Positions 60,923-64,000 of a stretch of DNA of 64,000 nt are shown here, piece after piece. The position numbers and the translations under genes were made by a program. Each line of letters starts with the position of its first letter. Position 1 is the stretch's first letter. The stretch spans positions 1-64,000 of the forward strand of contig DAHVLZ010000011.1 of NCBI GenBank assembly GCA_027320085.1. The letters are read 5' to 3'. Below the pieces are notes generated by a model. That model searched no databases. It was given only the letters and a program-made list of their open reading frames with translations, and was not told where the DNA came from. This DNA is from Pseudomonadota bacterium (GTDB lineage Bacteria; Pseudomonadota; Gammaproteobacteria; JAKAQQ01).

Positions 60923-63223
60923 TCAGCGAAAGGTGTAGGCGACCTTCACGAAGAAGGCTCGCGGCTCACCCACCAGCGCCTGGGTAAAAGGCACGTTGTT
61001 GAACGTGGTATTGACGAAGGCGTAGTCGTAGTAGTTCTTGTTGAGGAGGTTGTAGAGGCTCACCTGGATCTCCCAGGCCGCATCCGGCCGGTATTGCCCG
61101 GTCAGGTTGAAGACGGTATATCCGGCCATCTTGAAGTTGGAGGTGAGACCGTTTACGGCATAGCTCGTGTATTGAGGACCCGTGTATTTTCCATAGAGAT
61201 CCACATCGAAGGGTCCCTCGGCATACCCCACGCCCAGGTTGGCCATGTGATGGGGGATATAGGAGATCGGCGCACCCGGCACCAGCGTTTGGGTGAGCGG
61301 GGACTCGAAGGCCCCGTAGTAGGCGTGGTTGACCGAGTAGTTGGCAAACCCGTACCAGTGGGCCCAACGCTTGCGCACGGCCAGTTCCACACCCTGGTAA
61401 CGGGCAGTGCCCCCGTTGTATTCGATCGAGAGCCCGGCATCCTGGCCGACCAGGGGGGTGTAGAAATTAAACTTGTTCTGGAAGTCCTCACGGTAGACAT
61501 TGAGGGAGGCCGAAAACCCGTGCGTGAAGTACCGGGTGCCGAGCTCATAGTCCTTGACGTACTCGGGCTGGACCGTCACCCGGGGAATCACACTCTGCCC
61601 GCTGGAATTCGCAATTCCGATGCTGCCGTAGTAGGCACTGATCTCGGGCACCTTGAAGGTGCGGCCGGTGGCGGCGTAGACAACCCAGGACTTGAGGATC
61701 CGGTAGCTGATGCCGAGGGTGGGCGAAGTGTAATGCTCCTTGTTGCTGACCGTGCCGCCGAAGCTGTAGTAATAGCCGGCGTTGTCGGCATCCGTCGTGT
61801 CGATCTGGGTGTACTTGATCCCGGGCTCGATGTGCAACCGGTTGTGGAACAGACGGATCTTGTCCTGGACGAAAAGCTCCTCGAAATCCCGCTGGTCACG
61901 TTCGTTCCAGGCATCGTTGTAGAGCACATTTTGGGGAACCTGGGGGCTCCCGTACCAGTACTCGGCCGAATGGAGCGTGCCATAAACAATGTTGCCGCCG
62001 ATCGTGAGCGTGTTGTCCGGAAGGTCGATCCGGGCGGTGGACATGAATCCCAGGCTCGAGGTGTTGTTGATATAGAGGTGGTATTTCGTTCCGTTGAGGG
62101 AGGACCCGAACAATCCGATCGGGTTGTAGTAGTTCGTGGGCGGGCTGTAGGTCGCCCAGGATTCGGGCTGGTTGGGCAGGATGTAGGGCTGGTTCGGGCC
62201 CTGAATCTCGAGCGGGTTGGCGTAGGAGAGCCGGCTATAGGTATTCCCCATGTAGTAGGCCTTGGTCGTGAGCTCGATGGCACTCGTCAGCGCGGTGGAA
62301 AGCCCGGTGATCACGATCGTGTGGTGATCCTGCTGGTTCGAATAGGCCCAGCTGGTCGGCCACTGGTAGCTGGATCCGTACTTGTCAATGAGCGGGACCG
62401 GGGCCGTGTGCGGGGTATGGCCCGAGTTCTCGTTCGAGATGATGTACGTGAAGAATTTGGATGCCCCGTCATTGAAGCGCTTGACGGTGGCCAGGTAGAA
62501 GTTGTAGTTCTGGTTGGTGACATGCTGGAGCCAGCCATTCGACTGCTGGCGCGTGAAGTCGACCAGGGTCCGGAACCCGTCGAGCGAACCGGTGTTGACC
62601 TTGCCCTCGATCAGGCTGGTCGCAAAGTTGCCGAGCCCGAGGGCGACCGTCGCGCCGAACAGGTCGGAAGGCTGCCGGGGTTGATAGGCAATGGTGCCAC
62701 CCAGCGAATACAGGGAGTTCACGGACGGGTTGTTGATGCCCCGGTAGATCTGGATACTGCCCAGATCCGAGAGCGTGAGCGGAATGCCGTTCCGGACCGA
62801 GGCGAAGTTGGTCGCCGACGCATTGAACAAGTCGTTGAGCGGGATTCCGTCGAAGGTCTCGGAAATCTGATACGAATCGAAGCCGCGCAAGGTCACATGG
62901 CTGCGGATCCCGTTCGGACCATAACTATTGGCATAGATGCTCGGGGCCTGGGCCAGGATGGTCTGGGTGTTTACAGCCGGTGGAGCCGTCCGGATCGACT
63001 GGAGACCAATCGATGAAACCGTATAGGCGGCCTTGCGGTTCCTGGCCCGGAGATTCTTCTTTTTGATGACCTTGGCTTTTTTGCTGACGCTCCCGGCATA
63101 GACCGGTGGAGGGCTCGTCCGGGTGGCGGCTCGGGCAATCTGGGGTCCCAGGGCCAGCCCGACGAACAACAGGAAAGAAGCCGGATGGACACTGCGGACA
63201 GTGGGGATTCGGAACTTCGGCAT
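60923..63223 (-). CDS. TonB-dependent receptor
   Basis: Signal peptide, plug region (LRGF...DGIPLND), beta-barrel pattern, NLLNKNY...PRAFFVKVAYTFR C-terminus. Confidence 0.93.
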   Translation of the reverse strand: MPKFRIPTVRSVHPASFLLFVGLALGPQIARAATRTSPPPVYAGSVSKKAKVIKKKNLRARNRKAAYTVSSIGLQSIRTAPPAVNTQTILAQAPSIYANSYGPNGIRSHVTLRGFDSYQISETFDGIPLNDLFNASATNFASVRNGIPLTLSDLGSIQIYRGINNPSVNSLYSLGGTIAYQPRQPSDLFGATVALGLGNFATSLIEGKVNTGSLDGFRTLVDFTRQQSNGWLQHVTNQNYNFYLATVKRFNDGASKFFTYIISNENSGHTPHTAPVPLIDKYGSSYQWPTSWAYSNQQDHHTIVITGLSTALTSAIELTTKAYYMGNTYSRLSYANPLEIQGPNQPYILPNQPESWATYSPPTNYYNPIGLFGSSLNGTKYHLYINNTSSLGFMSTARIDLPDNTLTIGGNIVYGTLHSAEYWYGSPQVPQNVLYNDAWNERDQRDFEELFVQDKIRLFHNRLHIEPGIKYTQIDTTDADNAGYYYSFGGTVSNKEHYTSPTLGISYRILKSWVVYAATGRTFKVPEISAYYGSIGIANSSGQSVIPRVTVQPEYVKDYELGTRYFTHGFSASLNVYREDFQNKFNFYTPLVGQDAGLSIEYNGGTARYQGVELAVRKRWAHWYGFANYSVNHAYYGAFESPLTQTLVPGAPISYIPHHMANLGVGYAEGPFDVDLYGKYTGPQYTSYAVNGLTSNFKMAGYTVFNLTGQYRPDAAWEIQVSLYNLLNKNYYDYAFVNTTFNNVPFTQALVGEPRAFFVKVAYTFR

Positions 63224-63316
63224 GGCGATCTCCGGGTGGATCGGGTGGGGGATTTCCGTTGTGTCGGAACCACCAAGCCACTGGCACTCCCGACGCTGGC
63301 ATCTTGCCGCGCAAAC

Positions 63317-63367
63317 GTGTCAGGACCGTGAGACCTCCATGATCCGAACGTGATCAGGGAGTGACAG
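63317..63367 (-). promoter_or_regulatory. Pho-box-like array (five heptamers, 11-bp period)
   Basis: Minus strand CTGTCAC-n4-TGATCAC-n4-GGATCAT-n4-GTCTCAC-n4-CTGACAC, then 10 nt, then CAAGAT. Confidence 0.7.
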
Positions 63368-63415
63368 GCGTCGGGCCGGAAACCGCAGGATCGCCGTGGA
63401 GAGTGTGATGTTCTC

Positions 63416-63444
63416 AAAAAAAAGCCGGGGCAAAGCCCCGGCTT
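63416..63444 (-). terminator. Rho-independent terminator
   Basis: GCCGGGGC-TTT-GCCCCGGC followed by T8 on the minus strand. Confidence 0.88.
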
Positions 63445-63467
63445 GTAACTGTCCGGTTATACCGCGG

Positions 63468-64000
63468 TCAAAAAGAGGCCGTCAGCGTCACATAAGCGGT
63501 CCGCGGAGCGCCGGGGTAGGCGAGAAGCGCCCCCTGGCTCTGGGGGACCACAAAGTAACCACCGCTCGAGAAGTACTCGGTCGTGTTGTATTCACGGTTG
63601 AACAGGTTGAGCACGGTGAAATCCAGCCGCAGGCTGTGGAGCGGATGGATCCGGGGCAGGCCGATGCGCACCGCCGCGTTCCAGATGGTGTAGGCCGGCT
63701 GGGTCGAGCGGGTGGGAGCCCCCTTGAGGTTGCTGAACAGGTACTCGGCCCCGTTCTCGGTCACCCAGAGCCGGGGGGTGAGAGTCAGCCAGGAATTCAC
63801 ATCCACATGCCAGCTGCCACCCAGGTTGAAGGTCCGGTTGGGCGTGTTCGAGACGGGCAGGCCACTATAGTTGACGCCGCCCACCGTGTAGTTATTGAAA
63901 ACCGCGTGCTCGAACGACAGGTTGGCAAACAAGTGGACATCCGGAATGGGATCGTCGTCCACGAACAGGTTGACCCCGTCGTAGTGGGAACTCCCGAAGG
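63468..64000 (-). CDS. TonB-dependent receptor, C-terminal part (runs off the window)
   Basis: NLFNREYN...YPGAPRTAYVTLTASF with terminal Phe. Confidence 0.88.
   Translation of the reverse strand, partial: FGSSHYDGVNLFVDDDPIPDVHLFANLSFEHAVFNNYTVGGVNYSGLPVSNTPNRTFNLGGSWHVDVNSWLTLTPRLWVTENGAEYLFSNLKGAPTRSTQPAYTIWNAAVRIGLPRIHPLHSLRLDFTVLNLFNREYNTTEYFSSGGYFVVPQSQGALLAYPGAPRTAYVTLTASF

Noticed and set aside
60758-63016. 752-aa plus-strand ORF
   Set aside because: Antisense shadow of the TonB-dependent receptor.

Overview
High-GC bacterial chromosome segment; gene order suggests a Gammaproteobacterium (inference). It is mostly housekeeping: rne-rluC-maf-rpmF-plsX-fabH, rluB-scpBA-trpS-site-2 protease, yciI-bolA-PPIase, ligA-smc, queF-dksA-yheT, pnp-rpsO-truB-rbfA-infB-nusA-rimP, rmuC and typA. 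Accessory blocks: (1) an alpha-2-macroglobulin/PBP1C pair in which the A2M lacks the CxEQ thioester motif, plus an orphan flavin oxidoreductase; (2) nadQ-nadA-nadB with a clear NadQ operator, divergent from the iron exporter mbfA; (3) a secreted protein with 159-bp tandem repeats and a GlyGly-CTERM tail, bracketed by two paralogous DUF4328-like membrane genes; (4) an amidohydrolase-DUF3311-sodium:solute symporter-GGT operon with a probable CTG-start gene missing from the ORF track; (5) a decayed HipBA-like module; (6) tandem TonB-dependent receptors, one behind a five-unit Pho-box-like array. I saw no rRNA, tRNA, CRISPR array, integrase or transposase. No new system can be proven from sequence alone; the best candidates are blocks 1, 3 and 6. 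All family assignments come from motif recognition, not database searches.
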